Positions 1 to 9,839 are shown, numbered from the stretch's first letter. The stretch: 64,000 bases of DNA from Dehalococcoidia bacterium (GCA_965243655.1 CBDEVV010000017.1:2275902-2339901), one strand, 5' to 3'. Notes: a model not told the origin generated them from the letters alone. A program made the numbers and translations.

Positions 1-378
1 GTTGCCGATGGTATGCACAGGGCTGAACGAGGTCATCGGCTCCTGGAAGACGAGGGCTATGTCGCTGCCCCTGATGGACCTCATCAAACCGCTGTTGGGG
101 GGCTGCTTGGTAACGTCGACCTCCTGGACGGCGCCGTTAGCGCCGCGTCTCCAGATGATCTCGCCCTCTTCGACACGGCCCGGGCGGTCGATGATGCCGA
201 GTATAGAGCGGCCCACCGTGCTCTTGCCGCACCCGCTCTCGCCCACGATGCCGAGGGTCTGACCGGCCTTGACGTCGAAGCTTACGCCGTCGACAGCCCG
301 GACAAGGCCCTCGTCCGTAGGGAAGTACGTCTTGAGGTTCCGGACCGAAAGCAGCGCATCGTTTCCATTTTCAGCCAT
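1..378 (-). CDS. ABC transporter ATP-binding protein, oligopeptide/dipeptide (OppD/DppD) type. Only the N-terminal part is present; the 3' end runs off the window.
   Basis: Not in the ORF track because there is no stop in the window. Reverse-complement reading from the ATG at 378-376 gives MAENGNDALLSVRNLKTYFPTDEGLVRAVDGVSFDVKAGQTLGIVGESGCGKSTVGRSILG, which contains Walker A GESGCGKST. It starts 8 nt after the stop of the upstream permease gene. Confidence 0.8.
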   Translation of the reverse strand, partial: MAENGNDALLSVRNLKTYFPTDEGLVRAVDGVSFDVKAGQTLGIVGESGCGKSTVGRSILGIIDRPGRVEEGEIIWRRGANGAVQEVDVTKQPPNSGLMRSIRGSDIALVFQEPMTSFSPVHTIGN

Positions 379-385
379 GTGTCAC

Positions 386-1531
386 CTACTTACCGTAAGG
401 ATCGGCTGCGTCGCGCAGTCCGTCACCCATGAAGTTGAAGCTCAGGATCACGATGATGACCGGTATCGCCACGAACATCAGCCACGGGTAGACGGCCACC
501 GTCTGTGGGTTCTGGGCCTCCTTAAGCATCACGCCGTAGCTAACGGCCGGGGGAATGAGTCCCAAACCGAGGAAGCTGAGAGCCGTCTCGGAGATGATCA
601 TGCTAGGTATGGTCAGCGTTATGTGGGCGATGATGTGGCTGTAGAAGGACGGAAGCATGTGCCGGAACATGATCCGTCCCTCGCCTGAGCCTGCCAGCCG
701 TGCCGCCATCACGAAGTCCTCTTCCCTCATCGAGAGGAAGCGGCCTCGAACGACACGACCGAGGGTAGTCCACTGGAAGATCGAAAGGATGACCGTGATG
801 GCGAAGTAGACCCTCAGGACAGGCCACTCGCGCGGTATGGCTGCCGAAAGCCCCATCCAGAGGGGCAGGGTCGGCACCGCTATCATGATCTCGATTATGC
901 GCTGGATGATGGTGTCCAGGATGCCGCCGTAGTAGCCCGACGCTCCTCCCAAGATGATGCCTATGAAGAGGGCTAGCGTCACCCCTACCAGGCCGATTGA
1001 AAGCGATATACGGGTTGCGAGCATGAGCCGGGACCATTGGTCCCGTCCCACGGAGTCGCTTCCCAGAAGGAAGAGCGACGGATGGTCTCGTATATTGTGC
1101 TCGGGGTCAGAGAAGCCGATCATGTGCCGGTTAGTCTTGATGAACCCAAGGAAGCTGTACTCGAATCCCTGGCTGAAGAAGCCGACCGGGTATCTGACGT
1201 CTTCCACTATCTGGTAGTCGCGTCTGAACGTCTCGGGGTCCCTGAATGATTCCAGCCCGTTGATGTGCGGTCGGAAGCTACCGTCGGCGAAGAATCTGAG
1301 GGGCTGGGGCCGCAGGAGATGGAACTTCGTGGCCGTCGCCGCGGGGTCGCCGAACCCCAGGAACTCGGCCAGCGGGAACGTGATGTAGAAGACGCCAATC
1401 ACGACGGTGGCGGCAATGGCCAGCTTGTGCTTGCGGAAGCGCCACCACATGAGCCTCCACTGGGAGGCTACGAATACCTCTTCTTCCTCTTCCAGCCTGC
1501 CTACGGTTTGCGGGAGTGCTGCCTCTGCCAT
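386..1531 (-). CDS. ABC transporter permease, OppC/DppC type
   Basis: 381-aa ORF with multiple hydrophobic helices. Has the N-terminal extension typical of OppC, and the binding-protein-dependent transport signature region (MAARLAGSGEGRIMFRHMLP) with conserved flanks. Confidence 0.85.
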   Translation of the reverse strand: MAEAALPQTVGRLEEEEEVFVASQWRLMWWRFRKHKLAIAATVVIGVFYITFPLAEFLGFGDPAATATKFHLLRPQPLRFFADGSFRPHINGLESFRDPETFRRDYQIVEDVRYPVGFFSQGFEYSFLGFIKTNRHMIGFSDPEHNIRDHPSLFLLGSDSVGRDQWSRLMLATRISLSIGLVGVTLALFIGIILGGASGYYGGILDTIIQRIIEIMIAVPTLPLWMGLSAAIPREWPVLRVYFAITVILSIFQWTTLGRVVRGRFLSMREEDFVMAARLAGSGEGRIMFRHMLPSFYSHIIAHITLTIPSMIISETALSFLGLGLIPPAVSYGVMLKEAQNPQTVAVYPWLMFVAIPVIIVILSFNFMGDGLRDAADPYGK

Positions 1532-1621
1532 ATGTTTCCACCTATGTCGTGGTCTATTGGCCAGACTGGCCGAGAGCGGTCTCTGCGGATCGGACCTTCA
1601 GCCTACCGAAGTAGGCCGGAG

Positions 1622-1648
1622 ACTATAGCATGAATCGTCACGTGTCAA
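1622..1648 (-). promoter_or_regulatory. Sigma70-like promoter P1 for the ABC operon (TTGACA, 15-nt spacer, TGcTATAGT)
   Basis: The reverse complement reads TTGACAcgtgacgattcaTGcTATAGT. It is correctly oriented, about 90 nt upstream of the permease start at 1531. Confidence 0.4.
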
Positions 1649-1747
1649 CCCGCAGCCGGAATGGGCTCCCATTCCACACTCGCGCCTCCTCAGGATTCCC
1701 TACGGGAGGCGGGAAGGCGCCCAGGCCCGCTCCTTGGCGTGCGCCAC

Positions 1748-1777
1748 TCTATAGCATAGGCGGCTGACGTATGTCAA
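1748..1777 (-). promoter_or_regulatory. Second promoter-like module with the same architecture (TTGACA, 18-nt spacer, TGcTATAGA)
   Basis: The reverse complement reads TTGACAtacgtcagccgcctaTGcTATAGA. It is a near-duplicate of the 1622-1648 module, about 125 bp further upstream. Confidence 0.3.
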
Positions 1778-1958
1778 ACGGCTGTGGACGGGCCAAGGAA
1801 CGGCAGGCTCGACACCGCCGGGGACCCTCCAGGCCCACTCGTCCCGAGCCCGTCAAGGCAGCATGCCTATGATATACTCGCTATGTATGCGTCCGAGGCC
1901 AAGGTGCCTTTCGCGCCGCAGGCGTTCCGGTTAGCCGAGCGGGAGTCATTGTTTCGAT

Positions 1959-2909
1959 ATGCCCCTCTTCGAAGACCTGAAGGTATTTAGCGGGAATGCC
2001 CACAAGGGCCTCGCCAAGGACATTTGCTCCTACCTGGGGGTGTCGCTGGGCGCATGCGAGGTCTTCAAGTTCAGCAACGACCAGACCTTCGTCAAGATAC
2101 TGGAGAACGTCAGGGAGAAGGACGTCTTCCTGGTTCAGACCCTGTCGGCGCCCGTCAACGACCACCTGATGGAGCTGCTCATCATGATCGATGCGGCGCG
2201 GCGGGCGTCAGCAGGGCGCATCACCGTCGTGATCCCCTACTACGCGTACGGCCGAACCGACAAGAAAGACCAGCCCCGCGTAGCCATTACGGCCCGGCTC
2301 ATTGCGGACTTCATCAGCGCTTCCGGCGCAGACCGGGTCCTGACGATGAACCTCCACGCCGGGCAAATTCAGGGATTCTTCAACATTCCGCTAGACGAGC
2401 TGACGGCCATACCGATGCTGGCGGCCGACTTCAAGGAGCGGGGCATATCCGACCCCGTCGTAGTGGCTACCGACGTAGGGGCTGCCAAGAGGGCTCGGGA
2501 CATGGCAATCCATATCGACGCGCCCATAGCGATTATAGAGAAGCAGCGTTCGGGCAACGATGATACTGCCGAGGCCGTCAACCTGATAGGGAGCGTGGAT
2601 GGAAAGACGACCCTGATCGTCGACGACGAGATCGACACGGGCGGCACTGTGACCGCGGCGGCTCACCTCCTGTCCCGCCACGGTGCGGCTGACATCTACT
2701 GCTCGGTTGTGCATCCCCTCCTCTCCGGCAGCGCGGCCTCCAGGCTGGCCGACAGCCCGCTCAAGGAGCTGGTGGTGACTGACACACTTCCGATTGCCGA
2801 CGACAAGCGCATCGACAGCCTGAGGGTGCTTCCCATTGCCTCGCTACTGGGGGAAGCCATCCATCGTATCCACAGCGGCCTGTCCATAGGGGCAATGTTC
2901 GAGCACTGA
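1959..2909 (+). CDS. prs: Ribose-phosphate pyrophosphokinase (PRPP synthetase)
   Basis: 316 aa. Contains VVIPYYAYGRTDKK and LIVDDEIDTGGT (PRPP-binding loop), with full-length similarity in layout to Prs. Confidence 0.95.
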   Translation: MPLFEDLKVFSGNAHKGLAKDICSYLGVSLGACEVFKFSNDQTFVKILENVREKDVFLVQTLSAPVNDHLMELLIMIDAARRASAGRITVVIPYYAYGRTDKKDQPRVAITARLIADFISASGADRVLTMNLHAGQIQGFFNIPLDELTAIPMLAADFKERGISDPVVVATDVGAAKRARDMAIHIDAPIAIIEKQRSGNDDTAEAVNLIGSVDGKTTLIVDDEIDTGGTVTAAAHLLSRHGAADIYCSVVHPLLSGSAASRLADSPLKELVVTDTLPIADDKRIDSLRVLPIASLLGEAIHRIHSGLSIGAMFEH

Positions 2910-2983
2910 CTTTCCCGGCGGGTCCGGCGGCCGCACGATGCCGGACCGTGGAAGCTCGTAAGGATTAGGGAGGCGGCTAGGGG

Positions 2984-5662
2984 ATGCTGAAGTCCATAGC
3001 CAAGATGATCGGCGGCTCCTCGGAGAGGTCCGTCAAGAAGCTCCAGCCCTACGTGGACGAAGTGAACGGGCTGGAAGCGGACTTCGCGGCGCTCACGGAC
3101 GAGGGGCTGCGCTTCGTGACGGACGAGTTCCGCGCCCGGCTAGACGAAGGCGAGGACCTGGACGACATCCTTCCCGAGGCCTTCGCGGCGGTCAGGGAGG
3201 CTGCAAAACGCACTCTCGGCCAGCGCCACTTCGACGTCCAGATCATCGGCGGGGTCGTTCTTCACCAGGGCAAGATCGCCGAGATGCGGACGGGAGAGGG
3301 CAAGACCCTGGTCGCGACGCTGCCGGCCTACCTGAACGGTCTGACGGGCAGGGGCGTGCACGTCGTGACCGTGAACGACTACCTCGCCCGCAGGGACGCC
3401 CAGTGGATGGGGCAGGTCTACGACTTCCTGGGCCTCTCCGTTGGCGTCCTGCAGCACAACTCTGCGTACGTGTACGACTCGACGAGAGGGAGCGGTAAGG
3501 GGATGGAGCGCCTGCGCGAGGCTTCCCGTCCCGAAGCCTATGGGGCCGACATCACGTACGGGACCAACAACGAGTTCGGCTTTGACTACCTGCGCGACAA
3601 CATGGTCATTCGGGCCAAAGATGGGGTCCAGCACGGCGGAGGCAACGGGCGGACCGGTGATGCGCTGCACTACGCGATAGTCGACGAGGTCGACAACATC
3701 CTTATCGATGAGGCGAGGACCCCCCTCATCATTTCCGGTCCCGCCCAGGAGTCGACGAAGGAGTACTATCGGTTCGCCAAGCTGGTACCGAGCCTGGTCG
3801 CCACCGAGGACTATACGATCGACGAGAAGCACAGGGCGGTCTCCTTGACTGCAGCCGGCATGAGCAAGGTGGAGAAGCTGCTGAGGGTGGACAACCTCTA
3901 CGACCGGGCCAACTTCCGGCTGGTCCACTTCGTCGAGAACGCCCTGAAGGCGCGAACCATATTCGAGCGCGACCGGGAATATGTGGTGAAGGACGGCGAG
4001 GTGGTCATCGTAGATGAGTTCACAGGCAGGCTTACACCCGGCCGGCGCTTCTCCGACGGCATTCACCAGGCTCTCGAGGCCAAGGAGGGGCTTGCCGTAC
4101 GGCGCGAGGCCATCACCTACGCGACCATTACGCTTCAGAACTATTTCCGCATGTACTCGAAGCTGGCCGGCATGACCGGCACCGCTGCGACGGAGGCCGA
4201 GGAGTTCTGGAAGATATACAAGCTGGACGTCGTGGAGATACCCACCAACGAGCCGATGGTGCGAGATGACCAGCCCGACCTCATCTACAAGAACCAGAAG
4301 GCGAAATACGACGCTGTAATCGAGGACATAGAGCAGCTCCACAAGGCCGGCCGGCCCGTTCTGGTGGGGACGACGGACATATCGAAGTCGGAGCTGCTGA
4401 GCGAACGTCTCAGGCGCAGGAAGATACCCCACGAAGTCCTGAACGCCAAACAACACGAACGCGAGGCGTCCATCGTAGCGCAGGCAGGGAGACCCGGCGC
4501 AGTGACCGTCGCCACGAACATGGCCGGGCGAGGCACAGACATAGTGCTGGGAGGCAATCCAGAGGGCATCGACATCGATGCCGAGGAGTGGGCGGCAGAT
4601 CACCAGGCCGTCATCGACGGGGGCGGTCTGCAGATCATCGGCACGGAGCGTCACGAGGCACGCCGCATCGACAACCAGCTCAGGGGACGCTCCGGCCGCC
4701 AAGGGGATCCTGGGGCTACGCGCTTCTACGTGGCCCTGGACGACGACCTGATGCGCCGCTTCGGCGGAGACCGCATCCAGTCGGTGATGGACTGGGCCGG
4801 GCTGGAGGACGACGCGCCGCTCGAGAACAAGATGATCACCAGGTCCATCGAAGGGGCCCAGGTGAAGGTGGAAGGCCAACATTTCGATATCCGCAAGCAC
4901 CTGGTGGAGTACGACGATGTCATCAACACTCATCGCGCGGTCATCTATGAGGAGAGGGCCAAGGTACTGAGCGACTCCGACTTAAAGGCGGACATTAAGA
5001 CCAACATACAGGGGATGGTCGAGAGCGAGGTTAGAGAGGTAGCCGGGCGCTACTTGGAAGACGCCCCGCCCGAGGACTGGGACATAGAAGGGATGCTGGG
5101 TGAGCTTGGCACGATATTCCCACTCAGGGGGAAGCTTGCCGATCCCGACGCCGTGGCCCAAATGGGCCAGGAGGAGATCGAGGAGGGTCTCGTTGCTCTC
5201 GGGAGAGAACTCTATGAGGAGCAGGAGTCGGTACTGGGCGCCGAGATCATGCGGGACATAGAACGGCAATTGATGCTGCAGGTCATCGACGCGAACTGGG
5301 TCCCGCACCTCACGTCCATGGAGCAGTTGAGACAGGGGATAGGGCTCCAGGCGTATGGTCAGAGGGACCCGCTCGTGATGTACAAGCGTGAGGGGATGGG
5401 GCGATTCGAGGAGCTGAAGAGCAGCATCCAGTCGGACGTCGTGCACATGGTCTACCTCCCCAAGGTCGCCCCTACAGCTACCAATGGCCGAGCATCCCGT
5501 CCCAGGAATGGCGCAAAGGGCAGTCCCGGCAAGAGCGTCATGACTAACGTCGTCGGCGACCACGGCAGGAAGCAAGCGGTGGCTGGCTCTCGCAAGATAG
5601 GACGGAATTCCCCATGCCCGTGCGGGAGCGGAAAGAAGTACAAGCGATGCTGCAGCGCATGA
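2984..5662 (+). CDS. secA: Preprotein translocase ATPase SecA
   Basis: 892 aa. Contains MRTGEGKTLVATLP (Walker A), AIVDEVDNILIDEARTPLIISG (DEAD-like) and TNMAGRGTDI. The C-terminal zinc-binding SEC-C motif CPCGSGKKYKRCC is present. Confidence 0.97.
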   Translation: MLKSIAKMIGGSSERSVKKLQPYVDEVNGLEADFAALTDEGLRFVTDEFRARLDEGEDLDDILPEAFAAVREAAKRTLGQRHFDVQIIGGVVLHQGKIAEMRTGEGKTLVATLPAYLNGLTGRGVHVVTVNDYLARRDAQWMGQVYDFLGLSVGVLQHNSAYVYDSTRGSGKGMERLREASRPEAYGADITYGTNNEFGFDYLRDNMVIRAKDGVQHGGGNGRTGDALHYAIVDEVDNILIDEARTPLIISGPAQESTKEYYRFAKLVPSLVATEDYTIDEKHRAVSLTAAGMSKVEKLLRVDNLYDRANFRLVHFVENALKARTIFERDREYVVKDGEVVIVDEFTGRLTPGRRFSDGIHQALEAKEGLAVRREAITYATITLQNYFRMYSKLAGMTGTAATEAEEFWKIYKLDVVEIPTNEPMVRDDQPDLIYKNQKAKYDAVIEDIEQLHKAGRPVLVGTTDISKSELLSERLRRRKIPHEVLNAKQHEREASIVAQAGRPGAVTVATNMAGRGTDIVLGGNPEGIDIDAEEWAADHQAVIDGGGLQIIGTERHEARRIDNQLRGRSGRQGDPGATRFYVALDDDLMRRFGGDRIQSVMDWAGLEDDAPLENKMITRSIEGAQVKVEGQHFDIRKHLVEYDDVINTHRAVIYEERAKVLSDSDLKADIKTNIQGMVESEVREVAGRYLEDAPPEDWDIEGMLGELGTIFPLRGKLADPDAVAQMGQEEIEEGLVALGRELYEEQESVLGAEIMRDIERQLMLQVIDANWVPHLTSMEQLRQGIGLQAYGQRDPLVMYKREGMGRFEELKSSIQSDVVHMVYLPKVAPTATNGRASRPRNGAKGSPGKSVMTNVVGDHGRKQAVAGSRKIGRNSPCPCGSGKKYKRCCSA

Positions 5663-5711
5663 GGACCGGCGACCGAGTTTCCGGCACTCTGCCAAAGGGG
5701 GACACTCCCCT

Positions 5712-6500
5712 GTGGCGGAAATCGCACTGGCCTCAGAGAGGCTGGCTAGCATGAGTACAGCGGCTCCTCCCATCACATCGGAACGAGCGGTCGACCTGCT
5801 GGAATGTGCCCTCACGGAGGGCAAGGACTGGCCAACTGCGCTGGTGGAAGCGATGGCGGTCTGGCCGTCGCCGAGGGAAGTCCATGAGGGCCTGGAGCGG
5901 AACTACTTCATCGCGGGCGAGGCCTTCGACTGGCTGGCTCTTGCGGAACGCCTCCTGGACACTGTGAGGGGACAGGTGCCCAAGGGCGAGAGGGAAGAGC
6001 TGCTGTTCCACGGGCAGTTCCCGTCGCCGTTCGACATGGGCCGTTTCAAGGACATCATCGGCGTCGACAAGTACCGCGGGTACCTCAACTACTACTACGG
6101 CGTGACGGTCGAGGAGGCACTGCTGCTAGCCGTCGAGCTGGAGGTAATGAAGCAGTACACGAGCAATGGCCTCCACTACAAGGACGAGGCCTTCGAGGTA
6201 GCTTTCCGCCGCATCTACCGGCTGTCCAGGGATGAGCTGCTGGCCGCCTTCAGGGAGGAGGCCGGCCTGTCGATGCGGCGGTCTATAGACATGGCCGAGT
6301 CTAGGGAGTTCACCTACTGGCTGTTCAAATACCGTGTAAAAAACTGCGACAAGGCGAGGATAGCTAGCGATACCCGCAAGGGCTTGGACCAGCTCGAGCG
6401 GATGCGGGGGGTCCGAACGGCGAACTCAATGCCGCCTCCCGACGAGGGCGAGCACTACGCGGCCGGCGAGGGCCTCGGCGCCCGGTCGAAGTGGAGTTAG
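5712..6500 (+). CDS. Hypothetical protein. The alternative ATG start at 5751 is equally plausible.
   Basis: 262-aa ORF in a coding-like frame that fills the gap between secA and valS. I recognise no motif. Confidence 0.5.
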   Translation: MAEIALASERLASMSTAAPPITSERAVDLLECALTEGKDWPTALVEAMAVWPSPREVHEGLERNYFIAGEAFDWLALAERLLDTVRGQVPKGEREELLFHGQFPSPFDMGRFKDIIGVDKYRGYLNYYYGVTVEEALLLAVELEVMKQYTSNGLHYKDEAFEVAFRRIYRLSRDELLAAFREEAGLSMRRSIDMAESREFTYWLFKYRVKNCDKARIASDTRKGLDQLERMRGVRTANSMPPPDEGEHYAAGEGLGARSKWS

Positions 6501-6608
6501 GCCGCAAGCCGCCTAGCTCTTTGCACGGGACTTAGCGGTCACCCTCACCCCAAACCCAGTTCGCCAAATGCGAGCGGGTGCTCTACCTTTAACCCAGTCC
6601 CGGTGTTC

Positions 6609-9287
6609 CTAAGGGCGAGGGGTTGAGCTCAGCCTGGCCAGGGTTGACTCGATGCGGTCCCGCCTCTGCTGGGACAACGCCAGCCTCTCCCGCTCCCTGT
6701 CCACGACATCGTCCGGCGCCCTGGAGAGGAAACGTTCGTCGGCGAGCCGGTTGGACAGGCGCGCAAGGTTGCGGGCGACTTCGTCCAGCTCGGCGGCCAA
6801 GCGCTCTCTCTCCCGGTCGAGGTCCACGAGGCCGCCCAGAGGTACTACTACCGTGCCGCTGGAAAGCACCAGGGAAATGCTGTCGTTCGAGTCTCCGCCG
6901 GCTTCGGCCCCATTTAGTACGAGCGGGTCGACCTGGGCGAGGGTCCTGATCGCCGCCGCCTCCATTTGCAGGGCGCCCGACATGGCAGAGTCTCGCACCA
7001 CGGCATGGACGGGCTGCGAGGGTTGGATCTTGAACTCGGCCCGCAGGTTCCGGATAGCCCGGACGACCTCGATCACAGCCCCGATCTCGGCTTCGGCGCC
7101 GTCGTCGAAGGCTTCGGCCTCTACGGTTGGATACTCGGCGACCATGAGTGCCGGGCTGCCGGCGTCTCCATCCATGTACTGGACGAGGTTCTGCCATATC
7201 TCCTCGGTGATGAAGGGGAGGAAGGGGTGCAGCAGTCGAAGCACGCGTTCGAGTACGTAGGCGAGCACAGGAATGGGAGACTCGTCCCCGGCCCGCATCC
7301 GGATCTTCGACATTTCCAGGTACCAGTCGCAGTATTCGCCCCAGAGGAAGTCGTGGATCTCGCGCTGGGCCTCGCCGAACTGGAAGTCGTTCATGTAGGA
7401 GTCGACGTGCTCGGTCACGCGGTTGAGCCGGCTTACGATCCACCTGTCCTCGACATGGGACGTGCCGGGACGCTCCCAGGAGGGCCTGACGCCGGAGCGC
7501 TCGAGGTTCGAGACGACGAAGCGGGAAGCGTTCCACAGCTTATTGGCGAAGTTCCGGCTGGACGTGATCTTGGCGTCGGTCAGCCGCATGTCGTTGCCTG
7601 GGGACGTGCCGGTAGTGAGGGCAAAACGGAGGGCGTCCGCGCCGTAAGCGTCTATCAGGTCCAGGGGGTCCTTCACGTTGCCCTTGGACTTGCTCATCTT
7701 AGCGCCCTCCGGGTCCCTGACCAGGCCGTGCAGGTATACGGTGTGGAAGGGGATGTCGCCGGCGTTCTCCATCCCCATCATCATCATGCGGGCCACCCAG
7801 AAGAAGAGTATGTCGTGGCCGGTCTCCATGACCGTCGAGGGGTAGAAGTAGTCCAGGTCTTCGGTCCGATCGGGCCATCCGAGGGTGGAGTGGGGCCAGA
7901 GGGCGGAGCTGAACCAGGTGTCCAGCACGTCGGGATCGCGCTCGATGCGCATGGAGCCGCATTCGGAGCATGCATCCGGGTCCTCGAGCGCCACGGTGGT
8001 GTGGGGGCAGGCGTCGCAGTACCAGGCGGGTATGCGGTGTCCCCACCAGAGCTGGCGGCTGATGCACCAGTCGCGAATGTTGTACATCCAGTTGAAGTAG
8101 ACCTTGGAGAAGCGCTCCGGGACCATCCCGACACGCCCGTCCTCCACGGCCTCGATGGCGGGCTTCGCCAGCGGCTCCATGTTCATATACCACTGGTTGC
8201 TTACGAGCGGCTCGACGACCTCGTTGCACCGGTCGCAGTGGCCCAGGGAATGGTGCATGGGCTCTATCTGTTCAAGCAGACCTTCCCGCTCCAGCTGCGC
8301 GACGATGCGGGTCCGGGCCTCGAAGCGGTCCAGGCCTTCGTATGGCCCCGCGTTGTCGTTCATGGTGCCGTCGAGATTCATGGCGTTGACCAGGTCGATG
8401 TCGTGTCGCTCCCGGATATCGAAGTCGTTGTGATCGTGTCCGGGAGTCACCTTGAGGGCGCCCGTGCCGAATGAGGGGTCTACGGCTTCGTCCGCAATTA
8501 TGGGGATGATCCGCCCCAGCACCGGGAGGACGGCCGACTCGCCAACGTATGCCGAATAACGCTCGTCGTCGGGGTTTACCGCCACGGCCGTATCGCCGAG
8601 CAGGGTCTCAGGCCGAGTCGTCGCTATGGTGAGTGCGCCGCTGCCGTCGCTGAGGCCGTAGCGGATGTGGTAGAGGCTTGCGGCCTTGTCCTCGTGCTTC
8701 ACCTCCAGGTCGGAGAGGGCGGTGGCGCAGCGAGGGCACCAGTTGACGATGCGCTCGCCCCTGTAGATCAGCCCCTTCTCGTAGAGGTTCACGAAAGTCG
8801 TACGGACGGCCTTGCTGGGGCCTTCGTCGAGGGTAAACGCCTGGCGCGTCCAATCGCACGACGCGCCGAGCCGTTTGATCTGCTCGTATATCCTGTCGCC
8901 GTACTGGTCGACCCACCGCCAGACCGTTGCGATGAACTCCCTTCTGCCGAGGTCGTGCCTGGTGAGGTCGTCGTTCGCGAGCATTCTCTCGACGACGACC
9001 TGGGTCGCGATGCCCGCGTGGTCGGTTCCAGGAAGGTAGAGCGTGGGGTCGCCCTTCATCCTGTGCCACCGGCACATCAGGTCCTCCAGGGCGATGGTGA
9101 GGGCGTGTCCGTAGTGAAGCTCGCCGGTGACGTTTGGCGGCGGCATGATTACCGTGAAGGGCGTCTTCGAACGGTCGATCTCGGGGGTGAAGTAGCCGCC
9201 CTGTACCCACGATTCGTATATGCGGCCCTCGCTTGCGGCGGGATCGTAGGCCTTGGGCATCTCTCGGTTTCGCACTGCCTGTGTCAC
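6609..9287 (-). CDS. valS: Valine--tRNA ligase
   Basis: 892 aa with HIGH-type motif PNVTGELHYGHAL, KMSKS motif KMSKSKGN and a C-terminal coiled-coil. The GTG at 9287 is preceded by AGGAGA. The ATG at 9260 (MPKAYDP...) is an alternative start. Confidence 0.97.
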   Translation of the reverse strand: MTQAVRNREMPKAYDPAASEGRIYESWVQGGYFTPEIDRSKTPFTVIMPPPNVTGELHYGHALTIALEDLMCRWHRMKGDPTLYLPGTDHAGIATQVVVERMLANDDLTRHDLGRREFIATVWRWVDQYGDRIYEQIKRLGASCDWTRQAFTLDEGPSKAVRTTFVNLYEKGLIYRGERIVNWCPRCATALSDLEVKHEDKAASLYHIRYGLSDGSGALTIATTRPETLLGDTAVAVNPDDERYSAYVGESAVLPVLGRIIPIIADEAVDPSFGTGALKVTPGHDHNDFDIRERHDIDLVNAMNLDGTMNDNAGPYEGLDRFEARTRIVAQLEREGLLEQIEPMHHSLGHCDRCNEVVEPLVSNQWYMNMEPLAKPAIEAVEDGRVGMVPERFSKVYFNWMYNIRDWCISRQLWWGHRIPAWYCDACPHTTVALEDPDACSECGSMRIERDPDVLDTWFSSALWPHSTLGWPDRTEDLDYFYPSTVMETGHDILFFWVARMMMMGMENAGDIPFHTVYLHGLVRDPEGAKMSKSKGNVKDPLDLIDAYGADALRFALTTGTSPGNDMRLTDAKITSSRNFANKLWNASRFVVSNLERSGVRPSWERPGTSHVEDRWIVSRLNRVTEHVDSYMNDFQFGEAQREIHDFLWGEYCDWYLEMSKIRMRAGDESPIPVLAYVLERVLRLLHPFLPFITEEIWQNLVQYMDGDAGSPALMVAEYPTVEAEAFDDGAEAEIGAVIEVVRAIRNLRAEFKIQPSQPVHAVVRDSAMSGALQMEAAAIRTLAQVDPLVLNGAEAGGDSNDSISLVLSSGTVVVPLGGLVDLDRERERLAAELDEVARNLARLSNRLADERFLSRAPDDVVDRERERLALSQQRRDRIESTLARLSSTPRP

Positions 9288-9535
9288 AGGACATCTCCTA
9301 CTGTAACCACGTCGCTCCGATGGCGGACGAAGACACGGGGCTCGCCGTCGTCGGCGTAGAGCTGGTTCCCGTCCTCATCGACTAAGAGGAATATGCGCTG
9401 CACCGTGGTCTTGAGGCGGACAACGCCCCCGTCCAGCAGCTTGTACTCGTTCCACTCCTCGCGCCCAATCTCGAACTGCTGCTCGACTGCGTGCATCTCC
9501 TGATCGCCCATACGGACCTTGACTATCTTGGGCAT
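9284..9535 (-). CDS. Small hypothetical protein (83 aa), translationally coupled to valS
   Basis: The ORF stop overlaps the valS GTG (GTGA). The valS RBS AGGAGA lies inside its last codons. An extended -10 promoter lies upstream at 9617-9625. No recognisable family. Confidence 0.45.
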   Translation of the reverse strand: MPKIVKVRMGDQEMHAVEQQFEIGREEWNEYKLLDGGVVRLKTTVQRIFLLVDEDGNQLYADDGEPRVFVRHRSDVVTVGDVL

Positions 9536-9715
9536 TGCGATTCTCCCGAGCCCGCTCGACGACGTTCTAAAAGGGTGTCAGCGTCTGACGCCTGTGTCCG
9601 TCTGCACAGGAATCTCATTATACCAACGAAGCTGGTGCGGGCACTCGGCATTCCCCAAATGGAGACCTTTGAATAACCTCACATGACGGCCCATGCACTG
9701 CATGGGAGGCATTGC

Positions 9716-9770
9716 GTTCATAGCTGAGCCCCACCCCCTGGATTCCGGCTTTCGCCGGAATGACGGAGTT
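9716..9770 (+). repeat. REP-like element, family A, copy 1 (hairpin ATTCCGGC-tttc-GCCGGAAT at 9742-9761)
   Basis: Perfect 8-bp palindromic stem. Shares GTTCAT...GGAT(T/A)CCGGCTT(T/C)CGCCGG(A/T)ATGACGG(A/C)GTT with 22888-22939. Translating it gives the spurious peptides FRRNDGV and IPAKAGIQ seen in overlapping ORFs. Confidence 0.75.
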
Positions 9771-9839
9771 ATGCAAGGGTCTCCGATGGGGCTCGCGGCG
9801 GGCTGCGGAAGCCAGACGGACGGATCGCTGGGTGAGTGC

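Noticed and set aside
3140-4933. 597-aa ORF antisense to secA. Similar long shadows occur at 6966-8474, 6589-7536, 21277-22263, 46302-47729, 47354-48511, 35113-35814 and 58614-59555.
   Set aside because: Each lies entirely inside a gene with unambiguous family motifs on the other strand. The translations are Arg/Pro/Gly/Ala-rich low-complexity sequence typical of antisense frames in GC-rich DNA.
6501-6608. Possible tRNA or small RNA between the hypothetical gene and the valS 3' end
   Set aside because: I could not fold a cloverleaf, and no T-loop GTTCGAATC-type or anticodon-arm pattern is present. There is only a weak 5-bp hairpin at the start of the region.
9536-9700. T-box leader upstream of the valS operon
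   Set aside because: The leader between the candidate promoter and the first start codon is only about 80 nt. No T-box sequence (..GGTGGTACCGCG..) is present on the minus strand.
9693-9839. 49-codon N-terminal extension of queG given in the track
   Set aside because: It reads through REP element A1 (giving HPLDSGFRRNDGV). The QueG-like sequence begins at the ATG at 9840.
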